Source: a virus (taxonomy: Duplodnaviria > Caudoviricetes). Taken from it: a stretch of DNA of 64,000 nt. The DNA is taken from positions 10,730 to 74,729 of the IMG/VR virus record IMGVR_UViG_3300005365_000003; one strand, written 5' to 3'. The notes under the pieces are model-generated. The model was not told the DNA's origin, searched no databases, and saw nothing but the letters and a program-made list of their open reading frames with translations. The position numbers and the translations under genes were made by a program. Of the stretch, positions 45,898-55,893 are shown one piece after another (positions within the stretch are counted from its first letter, which is position 1; each line of letters opens with the position of its first letter).

Positions 45898-47286
45898 ATG
45901 GCAACAGACGCATCAAATATCAGTTCGGGTCAGGGATTAGGCGAAGCTCAAGTATTTAAGCCATACAGGTCTGACTATGGAGATGAGGTTGCTAAAATTG
46001 GCCACGCTAAACGTGCTGAAGAAAACAAACGCCAAGAAGAGGTGTTTGGTGATTTGAGTAAAGTAAAAACCGATGGTATATTCTTCAAGCATAAGCCTGT
46101 ATTTGCTCAGAAACAAGCCGAATTATATGATTATGTTAAAAAGAATGTTGATAAGTTGCGCAAGGGTGACGCTCAAGCTACTATAGAATTTCATGATAGA
46201 TTAAATCAGCTAGGAACAGATATTGGCCTTTCTAAGAATGTGGCTGAAAGTTATACTACTGCCGGTAAGGACTATATGGCTAATCCGGATAAATACAGAC
46301 CAGAAGTTCTTGACAAATTACATGAATTTGAAGGGTATAATAAAGAAACAGGTCAATTTGAGAATGTAGATCCTTCGGTGATGCAACAACATACTGATTT
46401 AGCTAAAAATTTCAATCAGGCTATCCTTCCTAATTTAAAGGAATCAATACAAGAAGGCAGGAAGGTATTCGACATGGGTGATGGACGAATCAGCACCGAT
46501 GAGTTTAAAAAGCTTCCAGAAACGATTGTACGCAATAAAATAGATGCCTGGGTGTCTGATCCTGTTATTCATGAGCAGGCGTATTATGATTATAAAAAAG
46601 CCAATCCGGATACAGAGCCTACTATAGATGACCTGAAGGAAGATTTATATCAAAAATACGGCGCTTCTCTTGTTAAAGATGAGCATAAAAAAGGACTTAC
46701 TGCTGGATGGAAACCTGATTCAGGAGAATCAAAAGGAAACTACTCTGTTGAGCCTATTGTAAAAACAGTAAATCTTAACGATCCTATTATTGATCCAAAG
46801 ACTAAAGAGCCAGTTCTTGATGAGGAAGGCAATCCAACTTATCAACAAGCTGAAACTCCAGTTAAATCCTGGGAATTAAAACAAAACATTCCGATAGAAA
46901 AAGAAATATCTGCTGTTTACAATCCAGGAACATTCCAAAAAGAGAAGAACATTGGAAGTCAAAAATTCAATATGTCTAGTATTGTTGAGCATGTTGTTAA
47001 TAAGAAAACAGGTCAACCAGTTCCTTCGTATGATGAAGCTGTAATAAATAAACATCCTGAGATATACGAGAAGAAGAAGTTTGCTAGCGGAATTATGGGT
47101 ACAGGGAAAGAGGCTCGTCCGGTATATGTTCCCCTGGAAGTAGTACAACCTACCTTAAATCAAAGAAAAATAAAACTTCAAGGAATAGATTCTGAATCTT
47201 CAAATAAAAATATAATTACTTCTAAGTCAAAAAGTGGAAAGGATATTTTTTCAGAAGATGGAGGTAAGACATGGCAATATAAATAA
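45898..47286 (+). CDS. internal virion/ejection protein 2
   Basis: Charged helical protein between ejection genes; FSEDGGKTWQ at C-terminus. Confidence 0.6.
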   Translation: MATDASNISSGQGLGEAQVFKPYRSDYGDEVAKIGHAKRAEENKRQEEVFGDLSKVKTDGIFFKHKPVFAQKQAELYDYVKKNVDKLRKGDAQATIEFHDRLNQLGTDIGLSKNVAESYTTAGKDYMANPDKYRPEVLDKLHEFEGYNKETGQFENVDPSVMQQHTDLAKNFNQAILPNLKESIQEGRKVFDMGDGRISTDEFKKLPETIVRNKIDAWVSDPVIHEQAYYDYKKANPDTEPTIDDLKEDLYQKYGASLVKDEHKKGLTAGWKPDSGESKGNYSVEPIVKTVNLNDPIIDPKTKEPVLDEEGNPTYQQAETPVKSWELKQNIPIEKEISAVYNPGTFQKEKNIGSQKFNMSSIVEHVVNKKTGQPVPSYDEAVINKHPEIYEKKKFASGIMGTGKEARPVYVPLEVVQPTLNQRKIKLQGIDSESSNKNIITSKSKSGKDIFSEDGGKTWQYK

Positions 47287-50200
47287 TGGGAAACGGAACT
47301 AAAATAGTGCCCAAAGATGATCTTCCTGAATCAATTAATGTGGTTCCTGAGAATGATTTGCCTGTTTCATTAAAAAAAAAAGATTCTTCCGAACCATCCG
47401 AGACTTCATTAACCGCGTCGCCAATACCCTCCGCCGAAACCGTGCCAACAACAAGTGGTGGTGGGAATGATGCGCAACCTTATAGTTATTCTTTTGACGA
47501 AATAAAAACTCCTGGAGAGGCTATCCTTCCAACTGCATCTACTTATGGTACGTCTACAGAAGGTAGGCCACATGTAGAGTTGCCAAAAACAGTTTCAGAA
47601 GTTAAGAAGGCTGGAGAGAAGCCTACGTTTAAAAACTATTTAGCAAGTGCCGGTAAAGCTTCTGGAGATTATATTGGCAAACACTTACAGCAGACATTGC
47701 AAGGAACCGAAGAACTTGCTAAAGGAGCTAAACATGGTGGATTAGAAGGGGCGTTGGATGTTATAAAGGGAGGAGCTAATACAGCTTTTGGCGCGCTATC
47801 TTTCACTCCAATAGGTGCAGCCTTTAATGTTGTCACGGAAACGTTGGTTCCTGAAAGTGTAAATAAATGGTTGTTTTCCCCAGCCTCTTCTGTTGCCGAA
47901 CTAGCCGGATATAAACCCAAAGAAGGACTAGAAAAAAAGGCTATTGAGACGGCTGATATTGTGCTATCGCTACTAGCTATGCATCAAGCAGGGAGAGGAG
48001 TAAAAAAAGTAATAGGTGAGGGCGATTTGACTGTTCCGGCAGAAGATATTAATAAAGCTGCTTCAGATGCACTCAAATCAAAGATTGAGAATAAGGAGTT
48101 ATTGAATGTAGATGAAGCAAAACAAGTAACCGAAATTGTCAGCTCTGCTACTTCTGCCGATTTAAAGAAAGCTCTTGATGACAATACCGATAAACTTCAT
48201 CCTGAGCATCATTTTGAGGACAAGGTAGTTAATATTATTGAAAAGGTTAAGGAAGATAAAAATATTGTCAAAGACATTGCGAAACTTGAAGGAGTAGATA
48301 AGTCTACTTTTGAAAATGTAATTAATACTGCAAAGCAAGCAGAACACATAACTGAGGCTGAAGCTAAGGACTTGGTAAAATCATTTGAAAATGTCGAATC
48401 TGCTAAGGAATTAATCCCAGAAGAGCATAAGAATAATGCTAAGGTTGTTAGTCTTATGGTTGATAAGAATGAACTTCTTAATGCTAAGAAAAGCACCGAT
48501 AAAGTATTTCACGAACCTATTGATAAACAAATAGAAGTGATTGATGGGAAGATAAAAAGTGCCTTGGGAATGCCAAAAGAGGAAAAAGTGGTTGCCAAAG
48601 AGGAAAGGACAGTAGAAAAACCAGCGCCGAAAGAATCTTCTCCTATAGAAACCAAGCCTTCGCCAGAGGATATTGCAAAGCGAGAAGAATTTGTAACAGA
48701 ACACATATCCGACCTTGAAAATTCAGGTGAAATGAGTAAGGATATTTCAAAGGAACAATATTCCAATTACTTTCGTAACCTTTATGACAGGAAACTCGTA
48801 AACAAAACTTCCAAAAAAACATCAGAAAATGAGTCAATTACCGGAACTGCCGATACAAGAACAGAAGCGCCTATTGAACCGAATGATACAAAAATCACAA
48901 GATCAGAAGGACAAGGAGTTTTGGCAGAAAGCGCTCCAGGAAGCGGAGGCGGAGGAACAGGCATTGCTTCAAAAGAATCCGCTGCCGCCATCTCAGAACC
49001 AGCAAGGGTAAAGGTTACGCATGAGGCTATAGAGGAGCGGCGTAAAGAAGCTGGACTTCCTCCTATAGAAAAACTTCCAACTGATATTAAGAAAGACTTT
49101 ACTGAGGCTGCTGATGAGTTTAAGGACACTCACAAAGATTTAGCACAAAAAATAGCTACAAGTGATAAGACTCTAAGTAGCAGGAAGGATACGTATGTTC
49201 TTGGCCTTGGTAGGGTAAAGATGTTAAAAGAAGCTAAAGAGATAAGAGAGAAAATAAAAGAAGCTGCTGACTCAAGTGATATTGCAAAAGTAGATGAACT
49301 GAAAGTGGACTTAAAGACTGTAGAAGACAATCTTGATGTTAACGAAACTGCTATAAAACACGCTTCCTCTGAAACTGGTAAGGCCCTCCAATCATTCCAA
49401 ACTGCTTTTGCTGAGGATTTGTCATTAGAGAATACTTTACTAAAGGCGCGCAGTATAGCAAAAGAAGGAAAGATTACCGATGAGCAAGTACAAAAGTTTA
49501 CCGAAATATCTACCAGGCTGGAAGAAGCGCAGAAGAAGCTATCTGAGCATGAAGATAAGATAGCTAAGATGGAATCTCAAAAAGCTATTGACGATTTAGC
49601 TGCTGAGGAGAAATTAAAGAAGGGAATAGAGGAAGGCGTGGCGAAGAAGAAGTTTACTATAAAAGCTAAGGCTGTAGCAGATGAGTTCAGAAAACTAAAA
49701 ACTAAACCGCCAACTTTTACTGATGCCAATGGTAATCCTATCCAAGTATTTACTGCTGGTATAACCTGGAATGATATTATTGAAGTAGGGGCTAAGGCTA
49801 TTGAGAAAACAGGAGAGATTGCAGACGGAGTGAAGGCTATGGTGGACCATGTTAAAGAACAGGATTGGTATACAAAACTTTCAGATAAAGACAAGCAAGC
49901 TTTCGAAGGACAATTGAAGGGTCATTTTGAGGCAGTGCAACCAAAAGAAGAAGGTGGTCGGTCTGGTATTGCTGGTGCTGTTAAAGAACTTATACGTCAA
50001 GGTGTTACCACCGAATCAGAGATTGTTTCTAGGCTAAAAGAAGACAATCCGCATATGACTGACAGACAAATCCGTGATGAAATTTCTGGATATGGCAGAT
50101 CAACAAAGCTTAATCAAGATCCTGTTGAAATAAAATACCGTGAAGTAAAAAGAGTGGCTGGACTTATTTCTAAACTTGAAGATGTAGAATCCGGAAAGCC

Positions 50201-51710
50201 TCCTATAAAGAAAATAACCGGGCAATCTGAGCGTACGCAGGAAGAAATTGATCTACGTAATCAGATCAATGAGGGCATGCAAAAACTTACCGGAGAAAAA
50301 GAGAAAAAAATTGTTACTGATGAGCAGAGATGGAAAACTAATCTTGAGCGATATAAAAGAAGGCTTTCAAATGAACTCGTATCGCTTGAGAAAAAACGAG
50401 AGGTTAGGGATTATGAGGTAAAAAAACGCGTTATTACTCCGCTTGATAAGGAAGGAGAAGAGTTGAAGATGAAAGTGAACAAAGAGAAGGTGTTGAGACA
50501 AATGGAGTTAACAAAAATCGAACTAGAGAATAGGTCAAAGCTTCAGAAAGTTTATGATGGCGCAGTTGAAGTGGCAAATCTTCCCAGAACACTTATGAGT
50601 TCTATGGATTTTTCAGCTCCTCTCAGGCAAGGATTAGTTGCCACTGTTTCACATCCAAAACTGGCTGCTAAAGCAGGAGTAGAAATGTTTAAGCAAGCTT
50701 TTTCTCAAAAGCGATTTGACAAGTGGTTTCATGATGTAAAAGAGGACCCTCGTTATACTGAAGCAAAAAAATCTGGCCTTCACATTGCCGATCCGCACGA
50801 TCCAAGACTTACGGTAAAGGAGGAAGCTTTTATGAATAATTTAGCTCAAAAAATTCCCGTTATTGGAAATTTAATAAAAGGATCCGAAAGGGCGTATGTA
50901 GGATATTTGAATAAAATGAGGTGGGATGTTTATAATCAATTGTCGGAACAGTTATTTGTTAACGGAGAGAATTACATAAGTCATCCAAAGCTATACAAGG
51001 GGCTAGCTGATTATGTGAACAATTCAACAGGACGTGGCAAAATAGGATCCCTGGAAACTGCTGCTCCCGTATTAAATTCAATATTATTTTCTCCTAGGCT
51101 TATTGCATCAAGATTAAACGCTCTCAATCCTGTTTATTATGCAAAACTACCAAAGCCAGTAAGGGTTCAGGCATTAAAAGACATGGGCAAATTATTGCTT
51201 GCCGGCGGAACTGTGATGGCGCTTGCTAAGCTAAATGGGGCAAACGTAGAATCAGATCCACGTAGTTCTGATTTCGGAAAAATACGAGTTGGAAATACCA
51301 GGTATGATATATGGGGAGGGCATCAGCAATATATAAGGGTTTTAGCTCAATTGTTGTCTGGGAAAACAAAGTCCAACGGAAAAATATATGAACTTGGAAG
51401 CAAGAAACAGTTTGGAAGGACCAGGGGAGATGTATTGCTATCTTTTGCCAGGGGTAAGCTTGCTCCGGTTCCATCTATGGCAGTAGATGCACTTGCCGGA
51501 AGGACTATAATGGGAGAAGAGGTGACACTTAAAGACGAGGCAATTAATCACTTACTTCCACTTATCTATGGTGACCTAAGTGAAGCTATGAAGGATCAAG
51601 GGGCTAAGGCTTTATTTACAGTAGCTCTTCCTTCTACATTCGGCGTAGGCGTTACAACGTATAGCCCAAAGAAAAAGATGGCTAAATATAAATTGCAGAC
51701 ATCACAATAA
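47286..51710 (+). CDS. large internal virion/ejection protein
   Basis: 1474 aa; coiled coil; C-terminal DFSAPLRQG, ERAYVGYLN, LFSPRLIASR, DPRSSDFGKIRVG, GKLAP domain seen in large phage cargo proteins. Confidence 0.7.
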   Translation: MGNGTKIVPKDDLPESINVVPENDLPVSLKKKDSSEPSETSLTASPIPSAETVPTTSGGGNDAQPYSYSFDEIKTPGEAILPTASTYGTSTEGRPHVELPKTVSEVKKAGEKPTFKNYLASAGKASGDYIGKHLQQTLQGTEELAKGAKHGGLEGALDVIKGGANTAFGALSFTPIGAAFNVVTETLVPESVNKWLFSPASSVAELAGYKPKEGLEKKAIETADIVLSLLAMHQAGRGVKKVIGEGDLTVPAEDINKAASDALKSKIENKELLNVDEAKQVTEIVSSATSADLKKALDDNTDKLHPEHHFEDKVVNIIEKVKEDKNIVKDIAKLEGVDKSTFENVINTAKQAEHITEAEAKDLVKSFENVESAKELIPEEHKNNAKVVSLMVDKNELLNAKKSTDKVFHEPIDKQIEVIDGKIKSALGMPKEEKVVAKEERTVEKPAPKESSPIETKPSPEDIAKREEFVTEHISDLENSGEMSKDISKEQYSNYFRNLYDRKLVNKTSKKTSENESITGTADTRTEAPIEPNDTKITRSEGQGVLAESAPGSGGGGTGIASKESAAAISEPARVKVTHEAIEERRKEAGLPPIEKLPTDIKKDFTEAADEFKDTHKDLAQKIATSDKTLSSRKDTYVLGLGRVKMLKEAKEIREKIKEAADSSDIAKVDELKVDLKTVEDNLDVNETAIKHASSETGKALQSFQTAFAEDLSLENTLLKARSIAKEGKITDEQVQKFTEISTRLEEAQKKLSEHEDKIAKMESQKAIDDLAAEEKLKKGIEEGVAKKKFTIKAKAVADEFRKLKTKPPTFTDANGNPIQVFTAGITWNDIIEVGAKAIEKTGEIADGVKAMVDHVKEQDWYTKLSDKDKQAFEGQLKGHFEAVQPKEEGGRSGIAGAVKELIRQGVTTESEIVSRLKEDNPHMTDRQIRDEISGYGRSTKLNQDPVEIKYREVKRVAGLISKLEDVESGKPPIKKITGQSERTQEEIDLRNQINEGMQKLTGEKEKKIVTDEQRWKTNLERYKRRLSNELVSLEKKREVRDYEVKKRVITPLDKEGEELKMKVNKEKVLRQMELTKIELENRSKLQKVYDGAVEVANLPRTLMSSMDFSAPLRQGLVATVSHPKLAAKAGVEMFKQAFSQKRFDKWFHDVKEDPRYTEAKKSGLHIADPHDPRLTVKEEAFMNNLAQKIPVIGNLIKGSERAYVGYLNKMRWDVYNQLSEQLFVNGENYISHPKLYKGLADYVNNSTGRGKIGSLETAAPVLNSILFSPRLIASRLNALNPVYYAKLPKPVRVQALKDMGKLLLAGGTVMALAKLNGANVESDPRSSDFGKIRVGNTRYDIWGGHQQYIRVLAQLLSGKTKSNGKIYELGSKKQFGRTRGDVLLSFARGKLAPVPSMAVDALAGRTIMGEEVTLKDEAINHLLPLIYGDLSEAMKDQGAKALFTVALPSTFGVGVTTYSPKKKMAKYKLQTSQ

Positions 51711-51801
51711 TAAAAACTAATTTTGTATAACATAAAACACTTCTCATGAGAATCAATAAAAATAAAAACAGTTCTCCATTAAGAAAAAAGATGGCTAAAT
51801 A
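51672..51801 (+). repeat. 17-bp direct repeat spanning a gene junction
   Basis: AAAAAGATGGCTAAATA at 51672-51688 and 51785-51801. Confidence 0.85.
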
Positions 51802-52393
51802 CGCTGTTGGCGGAGGAGTTGGAGATGATAAAAAAAAGACAACAGCAGTGAAGCGTTCTGGAACTGGCGAGGATAAGCCTGGCCTAAAAGCTCTTGAAGG
51901 AACTGGCGAATACAATAAACCAACATGGTCCGCATCTGGTAAGCCTTATACTGGTAAAGTGTATCTTGAAGACAAAAAGAAAAAATATCCCATAAAAAAA
52001 CCCACCCCTCCTCCAGTAGAAAGGGCAACGCCAAAATTCAGTGGTAGAAGATCTACAGCTAAGGGGTTGGCTGATGGTGGTGAAGTAGATGGGGAAGGAA
52101 CTGAAACATCCGATTCTAATGAGGCGGTTATAAAGAAGGGGTCTTTTATTATTCCTGCTGCTATAAGAAGCAAGCTTAAAAACATGCTTAATTCAGGAAA
52201 GAAAGCTAACATGAATCAATCTGGTGGTATTCAGGTTAAATTAAGTAAAGGAGAGGAAGTGGTAGAGCCAGGAGAAGCAAAAGAAATAGACTCTGGATTA
52301 AAAAAAGGTGGAGTCAAGAAAGGGATAAATATGCTTGCTCCTAAATCAAGAAGAAAGTTTAGTGCTAGGCAATTCAGAAAAAACGGCATGTAG
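51746..52393 (+). CDS. basic protein with GG.V.G.GT.TSDS motif
   Basis: ADGGEVDGEGTETSDS...GSFIIPA and VKLSKGEEVV; TAATTTTG at 51718-51725. Confidence 0.6.
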   Translation: MRINKNKNSSPLRKKMAKYAVGGGVGDDKKKTTAVKRSGTGEDKPGLKALEGTGEYNKPTWSASGKPYTGKVYLEDKKKKYPIKKPTPPPVERATPKFSGRRSTAKGLADGGEVDGEGTETSDSNEAVIKKGSFIIPAAIRSKLKNMLNSGKKANMNQSGGIQVKLSKGEEVVEPGEAKEIDSGLKKGGVKKGINMLAPKSRRKFSARQFRKNGM

Positions 52394-52452
52394 TTTTATT
52401 ATAAAAATATGAATCTGAAAAATAATTAATAACTTTACCCAAAATACCGCTC

Positions 52453-53151
52453 ATGGCAAATAGAAAAAATACATTCATAGCCGCAATCACCGATAAAAGA
52501 ACTTTGCCATATAATGTGACCAAACAAGGCACTATAAACACTGTTGGAACGAATGTTCAGGGATCGGACGGGCTTACATACAATACGCTTGTTGGTGCTA
52601 TTGGAATTGGAAATTTAGTTACTGGATCCACAAGCAAAGCTCATGGGGTGGTATATGCTGATAGCGGAACAGTACTTAAATTAAGTGATATTTCTGGAGT
52701 TTTTTTAGACACAGAAGTACTTACATTTACAAATACTCTTACTGGAGCAACTACCGCTACTGCTGCCGTTAATGGAGTCCCTACATACACCTTATTCATG
52801 CAGCAGTGCGTTGTTGGAGATTTTATATACAATGATCCGCAATCCGAAGTTCACAAGATAACTTCTATTTCAGATAATATGAGTATGCAGATACAAGAAG
52901 CATTTGGATCTGATTTAACCGCACAATCATTACTTATAGTGCCGTTTATTCCTCATCCGAAAGAAATATCTGTTCTTATTCCGGCCGGAAACCCATCAGG
53001 TACTATTGATGGAGCTGCGTGGCCTGCTGGAGTAGGATATACTGCTTCAAAAATTAATCAAGGAATGACATCAACTGGGATAGGTCAATTTATTGACCCT
53101 ATAATAGTAAATGCAACAGGAACCACAATGTTAGTAGAAATAAATTATTAA
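52453..53151 (+). CDS. tail structural protein
   Basis: T/G-rich; IGNLVTGSTSKAHGVV...GVFLDTEVLT motif. Confidence 0.55.
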   Translation: MANRKNTFIAAITDKRTLPYNVTKQGTINTVGTNVQGSDGLTYNTLVGAIGIGNLVTGSTSKAHGVVYADSGTVLKLSDISGVFLDTEVLTFTNTLTGATTATAAVNGVPTYTLFMQQCVVGDFIYNDPQSEVHKITSISDNMSMQIQEAFGSDLTAQSLLIVPFIPHPKEISVLIPAGNPSGTIDGAAWPAGVGYTASKINQGMTSTGIGQFIDPIIVNATGTTMLVEINY

Positions 53152-53155
53152 TAAT

Positions 53156-54679
53156 ATGCCATTAATACCAGAAGGAGGCGGCGGTGGAGGGGGTGGAAGC
53201 GGAACTGTAACATCCGTTTCTGTTACTACAGCAAATGGTGTTTCGGGAAGTGTGGCGACACCTACCACAACACCAGCGATCACATTAACACTAGGGGCAA
53301 TTACCCCTACTTCTATAGTAGCAAGTGGAGCTATATCCGGAAGTAATTTAAGTGGAACCAACACTGGAGATCAAACAAATATAACAGGTAATGCTGGAAC
53401 AGCTACAGCTCTACAAACAGCAAGAACAATAAACGGAACTTCTTTTGATGGAACTGCTAATATTACCATAACATCTGCTGCAAGTACGCTGACAGGAACT
53501 ACGCTTGCTTCTGGCGTCACAGCTTCATCATTAACTTCATTTGGCAGTTCAATAGCCTTAGGTACTCCTGGGTCAGGAGTGCTTACTAATTGCACAGGTC
53601 TACCATTAACTACAGGAGTTACTGGTACACTGGCTCTTGCTAATGGAGGTACAGCTGCAAGCCTTACTGCTTCCAATGGGGGTATATTTTATTCTACCGG
53701 GTCTGCTGGCGCAATATTGTCGGGTACGGCAACGGCCAATAAGATACTTGTTAGTGGTTCATCAACTACTCCTTCATGGTATACACCTACAACAGGTCGT
53801 ATTGCATATTTCACAACTGGAGGAGCTGTAACAAGTGATGCAACATTAACCTATGATGGCACTAGTGGACAATTTGGTAATGCAACTACTACTGCATTAT
53901 CTATTGGCGCAGCATTACCAACGACTAATGGCATTAATCAGTTATTTATTGGTAAAACTGGTTTTCTAGGTGGTGAACAGGTGGCGTCCGGCGAGTTCGA
54001 GTTCGGGATAAATTATTACTATAACTCCGGATTTAGGTATCGATTCGCTGGAACAAGTAATTATTGCAAACCAGCTAGAATGATATATAATGGTAATGCA
54101 AGATATGGTGACTTAGATTGGGAGACGGCTCCGGTATCCACTGGTGCCGACAACACATTCACGTGGTCCACTAGAATGACGTTAACGGGTACTGGCATTT
54201 TAAGTATTGGATCTGCCACCCCAAATTCTTCGACAATATTTAATGTTGCAAGTACTACACGAGGAGCGCTAATATGCCCAATGACAACTGCTGAAAAAAA
54301 TGCGGTTTCATCCCCTCCTGATGGACTATTTGTATACGATGCAACGACTCATTATTATAATTGGTATAATGGAACTGCATGGATTCCAATCATTCCTTCT
54401 ACAGGTACTCCTCAAAGCTATTTTACTCCAACTACCGGTGCTACTATTACTTTAGTGACTAATAATTTTAATATTGTTAATCCAGCAGGAACTATTGCTA
54501 CTCTTACTGTTAATTTACCTTCTTCTCCAACAGATCAAGATATTGTTTATATAAAATATACTCAAACTGTCACTGCTGTTACTTATGCGAATGGCACTGT
54601 TGTAGGAGTAGCGCCTCCTAGTGTTGGGTCTACTTTAGTGGTTCTGACATACAGAGGGGCAAGTACCAGTTGGTATTAA
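53156..54679 (+). CDS. tail fibre protein
   Basis: Poly-Gly then GTVTSVSV, TATALQTARTINGTSFDGTANI, LALANGGT, CPMTTAEKNA fibre motifs. Confidence 0.75.
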   Translation: MPLIPEGGGGGGGGSGTVTSVSVTTANGVSGSVATPTTTPAITLTLGAITPTSIVASGAISGSNLSGTNTGDQTNITGNAGTATALQTARTINGTSFDGTANITITSAASTLTGTTLASGVTASSLTSFGSSIALGTPGSGVLTNCTGLPLTTGVTGTLALANGGTAASLTASNGGIFYSTGSAGAILSGTATANKILVSGSSTTPSWYTPTTGRIAYFTTGGAVTSDATLTYDGTSGQFGNATTTALSIGAALPTTNGINQLFIGKTGFLGGEQVASGEFEFGINYYYNSGFRYRFAGTSNYCKPARMIYNGNARYGDLDWETAPVSTGADNTFTWSTRMTLTGTGILSIGSATPNSSTIFNVASTTRGALICPMTTAEKNAVSSPPDGLFVYDATTHYYNWYNGTAWIPIIPSTGTPQSYFTPTTGATITLVTNNFNIVNPAGTIATLTVNLPSSPTDQDIVYIKYTQTVTAVTYANGTVVGVAPPSVGSTLVVLTYRGASTSWY

Positions 54680-54689
54680 GTATAAAAAT

Positions 54690-55475
54690 ATGAGTTTAGA
54701 TATTGCACCAGTTAATAGCGTAAGAAACGTTGATTCGAGAACAGTAAACATTGTTTTCGAAGGGGATTCTTTTATGAATCCTACGAATGGATTTATTGAT
54801 GTTTTGAAAGCAGCTATAGTAACTTCAGGAATAAGGACTTCCATGAATAGTAATGCCGCAAATGGCGGCACTATATCAGCTATACCAGCCGGAGGCGATA
54901 ATAATTATATGCTTTATTCTGGGCGAATAGCTTCTGCAAATGCGTTATACTATTCTGGCTTTTTAAAAAATATTCTCTGTTGTTTTGAAGGGATAAATGA
55001 AGTAGCAGGATTCCTATTGCAGACAGGGAACAGCAATGCTACGATCATGGCAGATACCTATGCAGCTTATGAGGCATATTATTCAACCGCTAGAACTTCA
55101 AATGCTGGGTTTAAGATGATATTAAATACGCTCACGCCTCGTACTGATCAATCTGCTGGAGTAAATGCCAATTATGAAATAATACGTCAAAACGCTTCAG
55201 ATAAATTAGATGTAACAACTATTAATGGCAAATTAAGGAGCGAGTTCACAACAGCAACTGGAATAACTAGAGTATGGAAATCTGCTCTTGCAAAATGGGC
55301 TGGATGCTTATTGGTTGATCCTGGAGACGATCCGGATATAGGTCAGGCAGGACAATCGGCAGATACTACTTATTACAAAGATTTGGTTCATTTGACACCT
55401 ACAACAGGATGTAGCCTTATGACTAATAGATACTATTTACCAGCAGTACTATATATTCACGATGGACTTCTTTAA
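54690..55475 (+). CDS. SGNH/GDSL hydrolase (probable tail-associated esterase)
   Basis: FEGDSF (block I), EGINE (block III), DLVHL (block V). Confidence 0.8.
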   Translation: MSLDIAPVNSVRNVDSRTVNIVFEGDSFMNPTNGFIDVLKAAIVTSGIRTSMNSNAANGGTISAIPAGGDNNYMLYSGRIASANALYYSGFLKNILCCFEGINEVAGFLLQTGNSNATIMADTYAAYEAYYSTARTSNAGFKMILNTLTPRTDQSAGVNANYEIIRQNASDKLDVTTINGKLRSEFTTATGITRVWKSALAKWAGCLLVDPGDDPDIGQAGQSADTTYYKDLVHLTPTTGCSLMTNRYYLPAVLYIHDGLL

Positions 55476-55484
55476 AATATAGCT

Positions 55485-55492
55485 TAGTTTTG
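55485..55492 (+). promoter_or_regulatory. sigma-70 -7 element
   Basis: TAGTTTTG upstream of 55518. Confidence 0.5.
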
Positions 55493-55517
55493 TATAAAAC
55501 AACATAAATACACACAA

Positions 55518-55883
55518 ATGGAATTAGAAACAATAGAAATGGTAAATGCGCACACGGCCCTTAAATCAATTTCCGGCAAAGAACTACCATCTTTACTTAG
55601 CTTCAAATTATCCAGACTTGAAGTTAAGTTGTCAGAAGCTGCCATTGCTTATGATAAAACAAGAAATGATCTCATAAAGAAATACGGAGAAGAAAAGGAT
55701 GGAGTTATTCAAGTAACAGAGATAAATAAACCAGTGTTTTATGAAGAGATCGGTAAAATAGGAACTGTTAAAGAAAGCATTAATATTCCCGAAATAGATA
55801 TATCAGAATTTTCTGGAGTTAATATTTCAAAAGAATTTTTTATTGCAATGAATAAATTAATCACGGATAAGGTAAACAAATAA
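55518..55883 (+). CDS. DUF1617-like putative fibre chaperone
   Basis: [10 protein letters not shown]......[14 protein letters not shown]. Confidence 0.65.
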   Translation: MELETIEMVNAHTALKSISGKELPSLLSFKLSRLEVKLSEAAIAYDKTRNDLIKKYGEEKDGVIQVTEINKPVFYEEIGKIGTVKESINIPEIDISEFSGVNISKEFFIAMNKLITDKVNK

Positions 55884-55893
55884 AATTATTATA

